From contig CAIIXF020000001.1 of NCBI GenBank assembly GCA_903813345.2, forward strand, positions 48,794,001 to 48,858,000: a stretch of 64,000 bases of DNA, written 5' to 3'. Positions 63,473 through 64,000 of this stretch are shown here, in pieces. The position numbers and the translations under genes were made by a program. This DNA comes from Owenia fusiformis. Its lineage: Eukaryota. The notes beneath the pieces were generated by a model. That model was not told where the DNA came from. It did no database searches and saw only the letters and a program-made list of their open reading frames with translations. Within the stretch, counting starts at the first letter, position 1, and every line of letters begins with the position of its first letter.

Positions 63473-64000
63473 CATTACCTGATAGCTCCATGAAATTATC
63501 ATTGCCATTGGAACTTTCCATTTTTATCACTGCAACCTAGATATCTATCTATAACTATCCATTATTGTTCTCTATATTTCCAATGTTCACAAATCTATCA
63601 AAGTCTTTGGTCCAGGCACTGTTATCTATTCCCTACTTATATGGGGTACTCTCATCTCACTTCAAACTACTTTCATCATTATCATCCTGACATTTCCTGA
63701 TTTTGTAAATAAACCACACAGGTAGTTTGTTATTGTTGTTCTAATGATACGACACTCTATGCGTTACAATGTCACTCCTTTTCGTTACAAAGTATAGCTT
63801 GGTGTTCTTGTTGATACAATTCCATATATGGACATCACTACTGTTACCTTTATTCTATAATAACAACAGCTATTGTTTTGTTCCTAATATGGCTATGTTA
63901 TCCAACAAACACAATTGCATGCTGGTATTTTAAACTGCACTTATCACAATATATATATGACAATTCCACTGGTTAGATCAGAGACATACAATATACAATG

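Noticed and set aside
53000..64000. Upstream espin exons (ankyrin repeats)
   Set aside because: Isolated donor-like sites exist (for example near 58050 and 62612) but no exon with recognisable coding content and the right phase was found; probably a long intron.
1..64000. tRNA, rRNA or snRNA genes
   Set aside because: None recognised by eye; a tRNAscan-SE or Infernal run would be needed to exclude them.

Overview
AT-rich eukaryotic genomic DNA with spliceosomal introns; gene content points to a marine invertebrate, probably a lophotrochozoan (inference). Genes, left to right: (1) a 7-exon, divergent cystinosin (CTNS-like) on +, 3981-14422; (2) a 17-exon SLC6/NSS-family transporter on -, 23027-30689, about 979 aa, with an intact reading frame but lacking the Na1-site asparagines and the extracellular gate arginine; (3) a rhodopsin-class peptide-receptor-like GPCR with an intronless CDS on +, 32536-33666; (4) a decayed Frizzled-1/2/7-like CRD fragment lying between two copies of the GPCR 3' flank; (5) a single-ORF CABIT-domain adaptor (GAREM/THEMIS/Serrano-like) on +, 40479-41939; (6) the 3' part of an espin/forked-like actin bundler on -, 47039-52950, with a probable GC-AG intron. 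Non-coding DNA is dense in non-autonomous DNA transposons whose TIRs and target-site duplications can be read directly: TA-TSD MITEs (one inserted into a copy of itself), an 8-bp-TSD hAT MITE, two 9-bp-TSD elements, a 2-kb CAC...GTG element with a 5-bp TSD (Transib-like), a Helentron/HINE-type element carrying a satellite of AGGTCA half-sites, and several long palindromes. The best candidate for new biology is the apparently non-canonical SLC6. All gene models were spliced by eye and no database searches were run.
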